NCBI GenBank assembly: GCA_963666515.2
Contig: OY762897.2
Coordinates: forward strand, 2,752,001 to 2,816,000
Direction: 5' to 3'
From: Candidatus Binatia bacterium
GTDB taxonomy: Bacteria > Desulfobacterota > Binatia > UBA9968 > JAJDTQ01
Length of the DNA stretch: 64,000 bases
Part shown: positions 20,734-31,555 of the stretch, in pieces
Numbering within the stretch: position 1 is the stretch's first letter
How the letters are laid out: the number at the start of each line of letters is the position of its first letter
Position numbers and translations under genes: made by a program
Notes under the pieces: generated by a model
Databases searched by the model: none
Told to the model about the DNA's origin: nothing
The model's input: the letters and a program-made list of their open reading frames with translations, nothing else

Positions 20734-21609
20734 ATGCTCATTCGTTTCATCACCTTCGGAGAAAACCCGGCCGTCGTCATCGCGCGCGAGCGCGGGCTCT
20801 TCGCCGCCCGCGGCCTGGAAGTCGAGACCACCCTCACGCGCAGCTCCACCCAGCAGATGCGCGGCCTGGGCGACGGAACCTACGTCGTCGCCTCCACCGC
20901 CTTCGACAACGTCCTCGCATGGTCGGGACGCGAGGGCGCCGACATCCATGCCGTCGCGCGGGCCTCGCAGCGCATGGCCCTGCCGGTGTACGTGCGCCCC
21001 GAGATCCGCGACTGGGACGACCTGCGCGGGAAGCTGCTGGCGGTGGACGCCGTGGACACGGCCTATGCCCTGGTGCTCAGGAAGATCCTGCTGGCCCACG
21101 GGCTCGACCTGGACCGGGGCGACTACCGGCTCGACGGCGTCGGCGCCACCGGACCGCGCTTCGAGTCCATGAACAGCGGCAAGACCTTCGCCGGCATCCT
21201 GAACCCGCCCTGGGACGGGAAGGCCGAAGAGGCGGGGATGAGGCGCATCGCGGACTACCGCGAGGTGCTGCCCAACTACCCGGGAGGGGTCTTCGCGGTT
21301 GCCGCGCGCTGGGCGGAACCCCATCGCGCGGAACTGGTCGCCTTCCTGCGATGCCTCGTGGAGGCGGTCGCCTGGGGCAACGATCCCGGCAACCGGGAGG
21401 CCGCCCTGCAAATGCTGCGGGGAGCCCTGGGGATCGACGGCGAAGGGGCCGCCAAGGAGCTGGCCGCGCTGCCGGCCGCCACCGCGCTCGACCTCGCCGG
21501 CCTGCAGGTGCCGCTGGACCTCCGGGTGTCGTTCGGCATGGCGCCGGGCAAAGGCACGGACCTCGCCGCCTACTACGACCTCCGGTACCACTCCGAAGCC
21601 GCGGTCTAG
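20734..21609 (+). CDS. ABC transporter substrate-binding protein, NMT1/THI5/SsuA-like
   Basis: ARERGLFAARGLEVE, DLRGKLLAVDA, ILNPP motifs; no obvious signal peptide. Confidence 0.7.
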   Translation: MLIRFITFGENPAVVIARERGLFAARGLEVETTLTRSSTQQMRGLGDGTYVVASTAFDNVLAWSGREGADIHAVARASQRMALPVYVRPEIRDWDDLRGKLLAVDAVDTAYALVLRKILLAHGLDLDRGDYRLDGVGATGPRFESMNSGKTFAGILNPPWDGKAEEAGMRRIADYREVLPNYPGGVFAVAARWAEPHRAELVAFLRCLVEAVAWGNDPGNREAALQMLRGALGIDGEGAAKELAALPAATALDLAGLQVPLDLRVSFGMAPGKGTDLAAYYDLRYHSEAAV

Positions 21610-21632
21610 CGGCCCGTCCAAGCAGTCGAATC

Positions 21633-21661
21633 CCGGGGGGCGACCCGCGGTCGCCCCCCGG
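21633..21661. terminator. Perfect GC-rich hairpin between the SBP gene and ppk1
   Basis: CCGGGGGGCGACC-CGC-GGTCGCCCCCCGG, 13-bp stem; no clear U-tract. Confidence 0.5.
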
Positions 21662-21719
21662 CGCAGCACCCGTTTCGTGTTGAAGCGCCAACTCGTTTGT
21701 AGTAGGGTCTGTCGCCTTC

Positions 21720-23828
21720 ATGCCAAGCGGGAAACAGAAATCCAGGCCGCCGCTGCGGAACAAGGAGCTGAGTTGGCTGGCGTTCAACGGCCGCGTCCTC
21801 CAGGAGGCATCGGATGCGTCCGTGCCGCTGCTGGAACGGCTCAGCTTCCTCGGCATCTTCTCGTCCAACCTCGACGAGTTCTTTCGCGTCCGGGTGGCGG
21901 ACCTCCGGCGGCTGGAGCAGTTCGGCGCCGGTGCGCGGCGGCTCATCGGCGAGGACCCTTCCGCGGTCCTGAAGGAGATCCACGAGGTCGTCCTGAAGCA
22001 GCAGGCGCTGTTCGAGAGCACCTACCGGAACATCCTCCGGGAACTGGAGCAGCACGGCATCTCCATCATCAGGGAGAACGAGCTCAACCCGGAACAGGAA
22101 GCCTTCATCAGGGAGTTCTACCAGCAGCGGCTGCGGCCGACCCTGATTCCCCTGATGATCAATCACCTGACGGAGTTCCCCCAGTTGAAGGACCAGGCGA
22201 TCTACCTGGCCATCTCCCTCTACAGCAGCAAGTCCCGCCGTTCGGAATACGCGTTGATCGAGATCCCCACCGACGCGCTGTCGCGTTTCGTGATCCTGCC
22301 CAAGGCGGGGGACCGGCAGTACGTGATCCTGCTGGACGACGTCATCCGCTACTGCCTGAAGGACATCTTCTCCATCTTCCCCTTCGACCAGTTCGAGGCG
22401 TACACCATCAAGCTCACGCGGGACGCGCAGCTCGACCTCGACGACGGCCTCTACGGAAGCTACATCGAGAAGATCTCCAAGGGCCTCAAGCAGCGAAAGT
22501 CCGGGGCGCCGGTGCGCTTCATCTACGACAACCGGATCCCGCGGCGGATGCTCAAGATGCTGCAGCGCAAGATGGGCCTCGACACCGAGTCCAGACCGTT
22601 CATCCCCGGCGGGCGCTACCACAACTTCAAGGACTTCATGGGATTCCCGCGCATCGGCCCGAAGAAGCTGTCGGCCGCGCCGCTGCCGCCGCTGGCCCAC
22701 CGGGACATCGACGGCGCGGCCACCTTCTTCAAGGCGATCCGCCACCGGGACGTCCTGGTCCACTACCCGTACCAGACCTTCGACTACCTCATCGAGTTCC
22801 TGCGCCAAGCCGCCATCGACCCCAAGGTGCGCTCCATCAAGATGACGCTGTACCGCGTGGCCCGCAACTCGAAGATCGTCAACGCGCTGATCAACGCCAG
22901 CCGCAACGGCAAGAAGGTCACCGTGGTGATGGAGCTGCAGGCCCGGTTCGACGAGGCCGACAACGTCTACTGGTCGGAACGGCTCCAGGAAGAAGGGGTG
23001 CGGGTCATCAACGGCGTGCCCGGCCTCAAGGTGCACGCCAAGCTGATCCTCATCTCCCGGGTGTCGCACCGGAAGACCGTGCTGTACGCCAACATCGGCA
23101 CCGGCAACTTCAACGAGACCACCGCGCGGATCTACACCGACGACAGCCTCTTCACCGCGGACGAGCGCATCACCGGCGAAGTGAGCCGGGTGTTCGGGTT
23201 TCTGGAGAACAACTACCGCCGCACCAGCTTCAAGCACCTGATAGTCTCGCCCTACGACACCCGCCGCAAGCTCACGAAGCTCATCGACGCCGAGATCAAG
23301 AACGCCGGCAAGGGGCGTCCGGCCCACGTCATCCTCAAGGTCAACAACCTGGAAGACCAGGGGCTGATCCGCAAGCTCTACGAGGCCAGCGAGGCCGGCG
23401 TCGAGGTGCGGCTCATGGTGCGCGGGATGTTCTCGCTGGTACCGGGCGTCAGGCACTTCAGCGAGCACATCGAGGCCACCGCCATCCTCGACCGCTTCCT
23501 GGAGCACTCGCGGGTCATGGCCTTCGCCAACGGCGGCGACGAGAAGCTGTTCATCGCCTCCGGCGACTGGATGGAACGCAACGTGGACCACCGCGTGGAG
23601 GTGGCCTGCCCCATCTACGACCCGGCCCTGAAGAAACAGCTCCGGGACGTGCTGGACGTCGTGTGGCAGGACAACGTCAAGGCGAGAGTGCTGGACAAGG
23701 ACCTGCGGAACCAGTACCGGGCCGGCGGCGGCCGGAGGACGCGCGCCCAGGAAGCCATCTACACCTACCTCAACCAGCTTCACGCGGCGCGGCCGGAAGC
23801 CCAGCCGCCGCTGCGTCTGGCGCAATAG
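21720..23828 (+). CDS. ppk1: Polyphosphate kinase 1
   Basis: NKELSWLAFNGRVLQEA, SSNLDEFFRVRVA, HYPY, ELQARFDE, LKVHAKL, GTGNFN, DRFLEHSR. Confidence 0.97.
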   Translation: MPSGKQKSRPPLRNKELSWLAFNGRVLQEASDASVPLLERLSFLGIFSSNLDEFFRVRVADLRRLEQFGAGARRLIGEDPSAVLKEIHEVVLKQQALFESTYRNILRELEQHGISIIRENELNPEQEAFIREFYQQRLRPTLIPLMINHLTEFPQLKDQAIYLAISLYSSKSRRSEYALIEIPTDALSRFVILPKAGDRQYVILLDDVIRYCLKDIFSIFPFDQFEAYTIKLTRDAQLDLDDGLYGSYIEKISKGLKQRKSGAPVRFIYDNRIPRRMLKMLQRKMGLDTESRPFIPGGRYHNFKDFMGFPRIGPKKLSAAPLPPLAHRDIDGAATFFKAIRHRDVLVHYPYQTFDYLIEFLRQAAIDPKVRSIKMTLYRVARNSKIVNALINASRNGKKVTVVMELQARFDEADNVYWSERLQEEGVRVINGVPGLKVHAKLILISRVSHRKTVLYANIGTGNFNETTARIYTDDSLFTADERITGEVSRVFGFLENNYRRTSFKHLIVSPYDTRRKLTKLIDAEIKNAGKGRPAHVILKVNNLEDQGLIRKLYEASEAGVEVRLMVRGMFSLVPGVRHFSEHIEATAILDRFLEHSRVMAFANGGDEKLFIASGDWMERNVDHRVEVACPIYDPALKKQLRDVLDVVWQDNVKARVLDKDLRNQYRAGGGRRTRAQEAIYTYLNQLHAARPEAQPPLRLAQ

Positions 23829-23922
23829 GCTCCACGGCCCTCCCGAGTCCAACAAGTAGCCGCGAACTGTGCTAAGGTGAGAGGGCTACGCCCAAAAGGG
23901 ACAAGGAGGGAAGGCCGGGAAG

Positions 23923-25893
23923 ATGAAAAAGCTGGCACTGGGAGCCGAGGAGCCGTTTGCGTGGCGCTCCTGGGGTGAAGGGTTCGTCAACGTCAACGAC
24001 GCCGGACACCTCGAGATCGTCACGAACCCGGCCGCGCGGCACGGCGTCGACCTGCACGGGCTGGTGACCCTGCTGCAGCAACGGGGCGTGCGCCCGCCCG
24101 TTCTCGTCCGGTTCCCGCAACTCATCGACCGGCAGCTCGATACCCTCCACCGCGCGTTCCGGACGGCCACCCGGACGTTCGACTACCGCGGCGCCTACAC
24201 CTCCGTCTATCCCCTCAAGGTCAACAGCCGCAAGGCGACGGTGGCGCGGATCTGCGAGACCGGCCGCCGGCACGGCGTCGGCCTCGAGGTCGGCACCAAG
24301 GCCGAGCTGTGCATCGCCCTGTCCATGCTCGGGGACAGCGGCGGCCCGATCATCTGCAACGGCTACAAGGACACGGACTACATCGAGCTGGCGGCTGCCG
24401 CCAGCGAGGCCGGCCACAACGTCGTGGTGGTGTTCGAGCGCCCGCGGGAGTACGAGCTGATCGCCGAACTCCGGGCCAAGGGACTGCCGTGCCCCAGCCT
24501 CGGCGCACGGGTGAAGCTCAACGCCGCCGGCATGGGCCGCTGGGAGGAATCGTCCGGGGACCTGTCCAAGTTCGGCCTCACCGCCTCCGACCTGCTGGAC
24601 GCCACCCGGCTGCTGAAGGACTGCAAGCTGCTGGACCGGCTCCGGCTGCTGCACTTCCACCTCGGCTCCCAGATCACCAACATCCGCAACTTCAAGCAGG
24701 CGCTTCAGGAAGCGCTCCGCTTCTACGTCGAGCTGAAGGAGCTGGGGGTGCCGCTGGACACCCTGGACGTGGGCGGCGGGCTCGGGGTGGACTACGACGG
24801 CAGCAACAGCTCGGCGGACTCCAGCGTCAACTACAACGTCCAGGAATACGCCAACGACATCATCTACACCACCAAGGAGGTGCTGGACCGGGCGCGCATC
24901 GCGGAGCCGGCCATCATCACCGAAGCCGGCCGCTTCCTGGTGACCCACCATGCGGCCCTGCTCGTGGACCCCCTGGAGCAGCCCCGGACGACGCCGAAGT
25001 CCGGCCGCCCCCGGGCGCGGGCCTCCAACGTGGACGCGGTCAACGAGCTGGACGACATGGTGGTGGAGATCAACGGCAAGAACTGGCGCGAATACCTGCA
25101 CGATGCCTACCAGAAGAAGGACGAAATGCTCTCGGCCTTCTCCCTGGGCTTCCTTTCCCTGAAGCAGAGGGCGCAGGCGGAGTCCGCGTTCTCCCGGATC
25201 GTCGAGCTGGCCAGCCGCTACTCGCGCCACGGACGGTTCGACGGCGAGGACAAGGAGGCGCTGGAGCGCATCGCCGCCCGGCTGCACGCCTTCAACTTCT
25301 CGATCTTCAGGTCGCTGCCCGACAGTTGGATCCTCGACATGCTCTTCCCCATCATGCCCACCAGCCGGCTGAAGGAGAAGCCCGCGGTCAAGGCGGTCCT
25401 GGCGGACCTGACCTGTGACTCGGACGGCGTGATCAACAAGTTCTCGCACCCCCACGAGCCCCGCTCCACCTTCGAGCTGCACGCCTTGCCCTGGGAGGAC
25501 AGCTACACCCTGGCGATCCTCTTCCTGGGCGCCTACCAGGAGGCCCTCAGCAGCGACCACAACCTCTTCGGCCGGCCCGCGGAGGTCACCGTGGAAACCG
25601 GCGGCAACGGCGCCGTGGAGATCGTCGACGTGCGCGAACCCGACACCTGCGCCGCCATGCTGCAACGGTGGGGGTTCGACGACCTCGTGCAGGCGCACGG
25701 CGACTCACCTTCCGCCCGGCTGGAGAAGGTCATGACCCGGATACTCACCCGCGGCACCTACCTGGACCGGCATCCCGACGAGGCGGTGAAGCGTGCCCCG
25801 GGAGAAGCCGGCGCGCCCGTGGAGCGGCCGCCCAGGACCCTTGCGCGCGCCGCAGGCAGGGCAAAACAGGCGCGTTCGGCAAGCGGTTCCTGA
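23923..25893 (+). CDS. speA: Biosynthetic arginine decarboxylase
   Basis: VYPLKVN (PLP lysine), CNGYKD, SKFGL, HFHLGSQI, DVGGGLGVDYDG, LTCDSDG, FLGAYQE...HNLFG. Confidence 0.92.
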   Translation: MKKLALGAEEPFAWRSWGEGFVNVNDAGHLEIVTNPAARHGVDLHGLVTLLQQRGVRPPVLVRFPQLIDRQLDTLHRAFRTATRTFDYRGAYTSVYPLKVNSRKATVARICETGRRHGVGLEVGTKAELCIALSMLGDSGGPIICNGYKDTDYIELAAAASEAGHNVVVVFERPREYELIAELRAKGLPCPSLGARVKLNAAGMGRWEESSGDLSKFGLTASDLLDATRLLKDCKLLDRLRLLHFHLGSQITNIRNFKQALQEALRFYVELKELGVPLDTLDVGGGLGVDYDGSNSSADSSVNYNVQEYANDIIYTTKEVLDRARIAEPAIITEAGRFLVTHHAALLVDPLEQPRTTPKSGRPRARASNVDAVNELDDMVVEINGKNWREYLHDAYQKKDEMLSAFSLGFLSLKQRAQAESAFSRIVELASRYSRHGRFDGEDKEALERIAARLHAFNFSIFRSLPDSWILDMLFPIMPTSRLKEKPAVKAVLADLTCDSDGVINKFSHPHEPRSTFELHALPWEDSYTLAILFLGAYQEALSSDHNLFGRPAEVTVETGGNGAVEIVDVREPDTCAAMLQRWGFDDLVQAHGDSPSARLEKVMTRILTRGTYLDRHPDEAVKRAPGEAGAPVERPPRTLARAAGRAKQARSASGS

Positions 25894-25958
25894 AAAGTTC
25901 CCGTCATCGAATCTTTATGATTTGAGCCACAGGACTTCCTGTGCTAGGGTCGTGCATC

Positions 25959-27683
25959 ATGCCGACCGGCCCCGCCACCGCGGCACCCGCGGCACCGCGG
26001 ATCTCCACCCTTTTCGCTCCGTCGCGGCTACTCCGGGTTGACGGCTGGACCCTCGGGACCGTCGCGCTGGCGGCGCTGTTCACCAGCCCGATCCTCGCGG
26101 TGCTGGGGGTCGCCCTGGAAAGCAGCGGCGACGCCTGGTCCCACCTCGCCTCCACGGTCCTGGGCGCCTACATCCGCGAAACCCTCTACCTCACTGCCGG
26201 CGTCGGCGCGGGGGTCCTGGTGATCGGCGTCAGCACCGCGTGGCTGATCACCATGTTCGAGTTCCCGGGAAGGCGCGTCCTTCAGTGGGCGCTGTTGCTG
26301 CCCCTGGCCATGCCCGCCTACATCGCGGCCTACACCTACACCGACGTGCTGGAGTTCGCCGGTCCGGTGCAGACGGCGTTGCGGCAACTGTTCGGGTGGC
26401 AGAGCCCGCGCGACTACTGGTTCCCCGAGATCCGCTCCCTGGGCGGCGCCGTGACCTTCATGTCGCTGGTTCTCTACCCGTACGTCTACCTGCTGGCCCG
26501 ATCGGCCTTCGTCGAGCAGTCCCAGAGCCTGTGGGACGCCGCGCGCGGGCTCGGACTCGGCGCCTGGGGATGCTTCGCCAGAGTGGGCCTGCCGCTGGCC
26601 CGGCCGGCCATCGCGGTGGGCGTGCTGCTGGCGTTGATGGAGACGCTGAACGACTTCGGCACCGTGGACTACTTCGCGGTCCAGACCCTGACCATCGGCG
26701 TCTACCGGGTCTGGTTCGGCATGAACAACGCGCCGGCCGCGGCGCAGCTCGCGTCCCTGGTGCTGGCGCTGGTGCTGGTCATGGCCGCGCTGGAAAGAAT
26801 CGCCCGGGGGCGGCGGCGCTACCAGTTCAACCACGGCGGGCGGAGACGCCAGACCCTGGCGCGGCTCTCCGGCATTCGCGGCACGCTGGCGTTGCTGGCC
26901 TGCGCCACCCCGGTGGCGCTGGGGTTCGCCGTCCCCGCCGCGCTCATGGCCGCCTCGGCGGTGGGAAGCACCGAGACCGTGGTGGGCGTCAGCACCCTGG
27001 GCTTGGCCGTGAACAGCATCGCCGTGGCCAGCATGGCGGCGCTGGCCTGCCTGTGCGGCGGTCTCTTCCTGGCGTACGGAGCGCGCCTGTCGGGCACCCC
27101 CCTGGTCAAGGCCGCCACCCGCGTGGCGAGCATCGGCTACACCATCCCCGGGGTGGTGCTGGCCGTAGGGGTCCTGATACCCGCGGCCGCTCTGGACAAC
27201 GCCATCGACGGGTTCATGAGGAGCCATTTCAACGCGCCGACGGGGCTGATCTTCACCGGCACGCTCTACGCGCTGATCTTCGCCTGCACGGTCCGCTTCC
27301 TGGCCCTGTCCTTCGGTTCCCTGGAGGCCGGCCTCACCAAGATCACGCCCAACATGGACGCCGCGGCCCGGGCGCTGGGGCGCCGTCCGGGAGGGGTGCT
27401 GGCCCGGGTCCACCTCCCGCTGTTGCGGAGCAGCCTTTTCACCGGAGCCACGCTGGTCTTCGTGGACGCCATGAAGGAGCTGCCCATGACCCTGATCCTG
27501 CGTCCCTTCAACTTCAACACGCTGGCGACCCACGTCTACGAATACGCCTCCTACGAGGCCTTCGAGCAGGCCGCGCTGGCGGCCCTCGCCATCGTGGCCG
27601 CGGGTCTGGTCCCCGTGATCTTTCTCAGCCTGCGCTTCAGGGGCTCGGGGACGTCTTCCCAACCCGCGGACTCCGGTGCCTAA
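25959..27683 (+). CDS. fbpB: Fe3+ ABC transporter permease (FbpB/SfuB-like)
   Basis: LPLAMPAYI, LYPYVYLLAR, METLNDFGTV, duplicated EAA loops, MKELPMTLILRPFNFNTLA. Confidence 0.88.
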   Translation: MPTGPATAAPAAPRISTLFAPSRLLRVDGWTLGTVALAALFTSPILAVLGVALESSGDAWSHLASTVLGAYIRETLYLTAGVGAGVLVIGVSTAWLITMFEFPGRRVLQWALLLPLAMPAYIAAYTYTDVLEFAGPVQTALRQLFGWQSPRDYWFPEIRSLGGAVTFMSLVLYPYVYLLARSAFVEQSQSLWDAARGLGLGAWGCFARVGLPLARPAIAVGVLLALMETLNDFGTVDYFAVQTLTIGVYRVWFGMNNAPAAAQLASLVLALVLVMAALERIARGRRRYQFNHGGRRRQTLARLSGIRGTLALLACATPVALGFAVPAALMAASAVGSTETVVGVSTLGLAVNSIAVASMAALACLCGGLFLAYGARLSGTPLVKAATRVASIGYTIPGVVLAVGVLIPAAALDNAIDGFMRSHFNAPTGLIFTGTLYALIFACTVRFLALSFGSLEAGLTKITPNMDAAARALGRRPGGVLARVHLPLLRSSLFTGATLVFVDAMKELPMTLILRPFNFNTLATHVYEYASYEAFEQAALAALAIVAAGLVPVIFLSLRFRGSGTSSQPADSGA

Positions 27684-27698
27684 TCCTTGAGCCGCTGC

Positions 27699-27715
27699 TG
27701 AACAAAATTTGTGCA
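27699..27715 (+). promoter_or_regulatory. NtrC-like binding site upstream of glnA
   Basis: TGAAC-AAAATTT-GTGCA versus consensus TGCAC-N7-GTGCA (one mismatch). Confidence 0.6.
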
Positions 27716-27801
27716 ACGGGATCCCGGTCGAAGCCTCCGGCGGTTCCCCGCAGGCCCGCAACCCTGCTGAAAGGTTGGGGTTCAAGCCTGGAAGGGCTGC
27801 T

Positions 27802-27817
27802 TGGCACGAAGGTTGCT
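27802..27817 (+). promoter_or_regulatory. Sigma-54 promoter of glnA
   Basis: TGGCACG-AAGG-TTGCT. Confidence 0.85.
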
Positions 27818-27914
27818 TCCTTACTCCTACATGTTCCTACATGTGACCGTACCGGCAACCATCCGGCCCGTGCGGGACATGACCTGCAAATTTCGGCTCG
27901 AAAGGAAAGACGCC

Positions 27915-29330
27915 ATGACACCGAGACAAGTGATCGATTTCGCCAAGAAGAACGGCGCGGAGATCGTGGACCTGCGGTTCACCGACCTGCCCGGCCTGTG
28001 GCAGCACTTCTCCATATCCACCAACGAGTTCGACACCGGCCTGTTCCAGAACGGCATCGGCTTCGACGGCTCCAGCATCCGCGGTTTCCAGACCATCGAC
28101 GAATCCGACATGCTGCTGTTCCCGGATCCCGACACCGCCTTCATGGATCCCTTCACCTCGCTGCCCACGCTGAACCTCGTGTGCAACATCAAGGACCCGC
28201 TGACCGGACAGCCCTACACCCGGGACCCGCGTTACGTGGCGCAGAAGGCCGAACTGTACCTCAAAAGCACCGGCATCGCCGACACCAGCTACTGGGGGCC
28301 GGAGATCGAGTTCTACATCCTCGACAACGTCCGCTTCGACCAGAGCTACAACTACGGCTTCTACTACATCGACTCCGAAGAGGGCGCCTGGAACTCGGGC
28401 AACGGCGACAAGCAGAACCTGGGCTACAAGCCGCGCTACAAAGAAGGCTACTTCCCGGTGCCGCCCATGGACAGCCTGCAGGACATTCGTTCCGAGATGG
28501 TCAAGACCCTGGAGTCCTGCGGCATCGTGTGCGAGGTCCATCACCACGAGGTGGGAACGGCCGGCCAGTCCGAGATCGACATGCGCTTCACCACCCTGAC
28601 GGCCATGGCGGACCAGGTGCTCAAGTACAAGTACATCGTCAAGAACGTCGGGCTGCGCAACGGCAAGACCGTCACCATGATGCCGAAGCCCATCTTCCAG
28701 GACAACGGCTCGGGCATGCACACCCACCAGAGCCTGTGGAAGAACAAGAAGAACGTGTTCTACAACGCCAGGAACTACGCGCTGCTGAGCGACACCGCGC
28801 GCCACTACATCGGCGGGCTGCTGAAGCACGCCGCGGCGCTGTGCGCGTTCATCGCGCCCACCACCAACTCGTACCGCCGGCTGGTGCCGGGCTACGAGGC
28901 GCCCATCAACCTCATGTACTCCCAGCGCAACCGGAGCGCGGCCGTGCGCATACCGACCTACTCCACGAGCGAGAAGGCCCGGCGCCTGGAGTTCCGCAGC
29001 CCGGACCCGAGCTGCAACCCCTACTACGCCTTCTCGGCCATGCTGATGGCGGGGCTCGACGGCGTCGCCAACAAGATCGAGCCGCCCAAGCCGCTGGACA
29101 AGAACCTCTACGACCTGGCGCCGGAGGAAGCGGCCCAGGTGGAGTCTTTGCCGGGCAGCCTGGACGAGTCGCTGGACGCCCTGGAGAAGGACCATGCCTT
29201 CCTGCTGAAGGGCGACGTCTTCACCAGGGACGTCATCGCGGCATGGCTGGACTACAAGCGGGGCGCCGAGGTGGAGCCCATGCGGCTCAGGCCCCACCCC
29301 TACGAGTTCGCCCTGTACTACGACATCTAG
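27915..29330 (+). CDS. glnA: Glutamine synthetase type I
   Basis: VDLRFTDLPG, FDGSSIRGF, HHHEVG, MPKP...GSGMHTHQS, RLVPGYEAP, NLYDL adenylylation site; AAGGA RBS before ATG 27915. Confidence 0.97.
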   Translation: MTPRQVIDFAKKNGAEIVDLRFTDLPGLWQHFSISTNEFDTGLFQNGIGFDGSSIRGFQTIDESDMLLFPDPDTAFMDPFTSLPTLNLVCNIKDPLTGQPYTRDPRYVAQKAELYLKSTGIADTSYWGPEIEFYILDNVRFDQSYNYGFYYIDSEEGAWNSGNGDKQNLGYKPRYKEGYFPVPPMDSLQDIRSEMVKTLESCGIVCEVHHHEVGTAGQSEIDMRFTTLTAMADQVLKYKYIVKNVGLRNGKTVTMMPKPIFQDNGSGMHTHQSLWKNKKNVFYNARNYALLSDTARHYIGGLLKHAAALCAFIAPTTNSYRRLVPGYEAPINLMYSQRNRSAAVRIPTYSTSEKARRLEFRSPDPSCNPYYAFSAMLMAGLDGVANKIEPPKPLDKNLYDLAPEEAAQVESLPGSLDESLDALEKDHAFLLKGDVFTRDVIAAWLDYKRGAEVEPMRLRPHPYEFALYYDI

Positions 29331-29345
29331 GGCGACAAACCTTCC

Positions 29346-30275
29346 TGAACCGCCCGGGGTTTCCCGGAGACGGAATAGTTTGAGTCAGGCCACCATGGCG
29401 GGCTCTTGGGACTGCTAATAGTAGGCCTCTTCGAGTTCTGCCGGCGGCACATAGTCGGCGGTGGTTGAACCAGTGGACCCATTCGAGGGTGGCGAACTCG
29501 ACCGCTTCGAGGTGACGCCAGGGGCCGCGTTGACGGATCACCTCGGTCTTGTACAGGCCGATGACGGACTCGGCCAGGGCGTTGTCGTAGGAGTCCCCGA
29601 CGCGGCCCACCGAGGGCTCGATCCCGGCCTCGGCCAGACGCTCGGTGTAGCGGATGGACACGTACTGGGCGCCACGGTCGCTGTGATGCACCAGAGCGTG
29701 CTCACGGCCCACCGCGCGCTCACAGAGGGCCTGATCAAGGGCGTCCAGGGCCAGTTCGGTGTGCAACGAGTTGGAGACGCATACGCCGGGCGTAGGCATC
29801 GACCACAAAGGCAACGTAGTCGAAGCCGCTCCATGTCGCCACATAGGTTAAGTCCGCCACCCACAACGCATTCGGGCGGCTGGCCTCGAACACCCGGTTC
29901 ACTCGGTCCGGTGGCCGGGTGAGTTCCTTCGCTGCCCGGGTCGTCTTCGTCCTTCGACCCCGAACCACGCCACGAAGCCCCAACTCTCCCATCAGCCGCG
30001 CCACCGTGCATCGGGCCACGGCAAGGCCCTCCCGGTGGAGTGCGCGCCATACCTTGCACACCCCGCCCGACGCACCCACTTGCGCAACGTCTCCGCCGTG
30101 CACCCAAGCTTCGACGCCACCGAGACCATGGCCGCCCACTGAGAATCGTGCTCCGCCTGGTGCTCCAGCACCAGCCGAACCGCTCTCTCCCGTACCTCCG
30201 GCGAATACCTCGTTGACTTTGTTCATGACTCCATCCTCTCAAGATTAGAGTCTCCGGGAAACCCGGGACGATTCA
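29346..30275 (-). mobile_element. IS3-family element, internally deleted and frameshifted (930 bp)
   Basis: Terminal IRs TGAACCGCCCGGGGTTTCCCGGAGAC / TGAATCGTCCCGGGTTTCCCGGAGAC; fragments PNALWVADLTY, HHSDRGAQY, DSYDNALAES. Confidence 0.9.
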
Positions 30276-31435
30276 CAAGCGATGATCCGGGCAGCGGTGG
30301 AGGCGGAGTTGGAGAGCTTTCTGGGAGGGCATGAGGGGGAGCGTGACGGGAGGGGGAGGTATTGACGGGGTTGGGGCCGGTGAAGGTACAGGTGCCGAAG
30401 ACACGGGACCGGGCGGGCAAGGGGCGGTGTTTTCGCTCGGAGTTGTTGCCGCCGTACTTGAGGAAGGCTCGGCGGGTGGAGGCGGTGGTGCCGTGGCTGT
30501 ATCTGAAGGGGATGTCGACGAACGACTTTGGGGAAGCGCTGGAGGCGTTGTTCGGGGGCGAGGTGAAGGGGCTGTCGCCGGCAGCGATCACGCGGATGAA
30601 GCGAGTGTGGGAGGAGCAGTACGAGGAGTGGCAGGAGCGGGACTGACACGGGCACGAGTTCGTGTACGTATGGGCGGACGGGATCTACGTGAACATCCGG
30701 CAGGAGGAGCGGCGTTGTATCCTGGTGGTGGTGGGCTGCGACATTCACGGACGCAAGCACTTCCTGGCTCTGGACGCTGGGTTTCGGGAGTCCTTGGAGA
30801 GTTGGAAAGCCCTTCTGTTGAGCCTCAGAGACCGTGGCGTCAAGGCGCCGAAGCTGGCGGTGGGTGACGGAGCGCTGGGGTTCTGGACGGCCCTGGCCGA
30901 AGTCTATCCCGAAACCCGCACCCAGCGCTGCTGGGTGCACAAGACCGCCAATGTCCTGGACAAGCTGCCCAAGCGCGTCCAGCCTGAAGCCAAGTCGATG
31001 ATCCACGACATCTGGATGGCCGATACTCGCAAAAGCGCCGAACAGGCCCTGGACCGTTTCTGTGGCACCTACGAAGCCAAGTACCCCAAGGCGGTGGACT
31101 GCCTGAGCCGCGACCGCGACACGTTGCTCACCTTCTATGACTTCCCCGCGGCCCACTGGCAGCATCTGCGTACCACCAACCCCATCGAGTCCACCTTCGC
31201 CACCATCCGGCTACGAACCGTGAAGACCCGGAACTGCCTCAGCGTCAAGACCGCCCTGAGCTTGGTGCACCAACTGGCCATGAGCGCTCAGAAGCGCTGG
31301 CGGCACCTCCGCGAGTTCGGTCAACTCGCCGACTTGGTCGCGAAGGTGAAGTTCGTGGATGGCATCGATGAAAGGGTGACCCGTAGGAAAGCCGCCTGAT
31401 TCAGCCCTGCCATACACCAGATTTGACAGTAGCTC
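30276..31435 (+). mobile_element. IS256-family element, 5' truncated and frameshifted
   Basis: LYLKGMST, YVWADGIY, GDGALGFW, QRCWVHK, LRTTNPIES; frameshift near 30645; 5' end cut by the adjacent IS3. Confidence 0.88.
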
Positions 31436-31463
31436 TCAGTCTAGGCTTCCGGCCAAAGGAGGG

Positions 31464-31497
31464 CCGCGGTGGACCTCATCGTCAAGGCCCACCGCGG
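31464..31497 (-). terminator. Hairpin downstream of the peptide operon
   Basis: CCGCGGTGG(g)CCT-loop-AGG(t)CCACCGCGG, about 60 bp after the stop at 31556. Confidence 0.5.
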
Positions 31498-31555
31498 AAA
31501 GGGGTGAACGATTAGGCGGGGACAAATGGCAAACAGGAAGCGTTGGCCATGGAGG

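Noticed and set aside
27801-27914. N-terminal extension of GlnA in the ORF track
   Set aside because: The TTG lies within the sigma-54 promoter; the RBS and family N-terminus support ATG 27915
26240-29383. Long alternative-frame ORFs (e.g. 1047 aa here, 858 aa at 21299)
   Set aside because: Arg/Pro/Gly-rich shadows of real genes caused by high GC3
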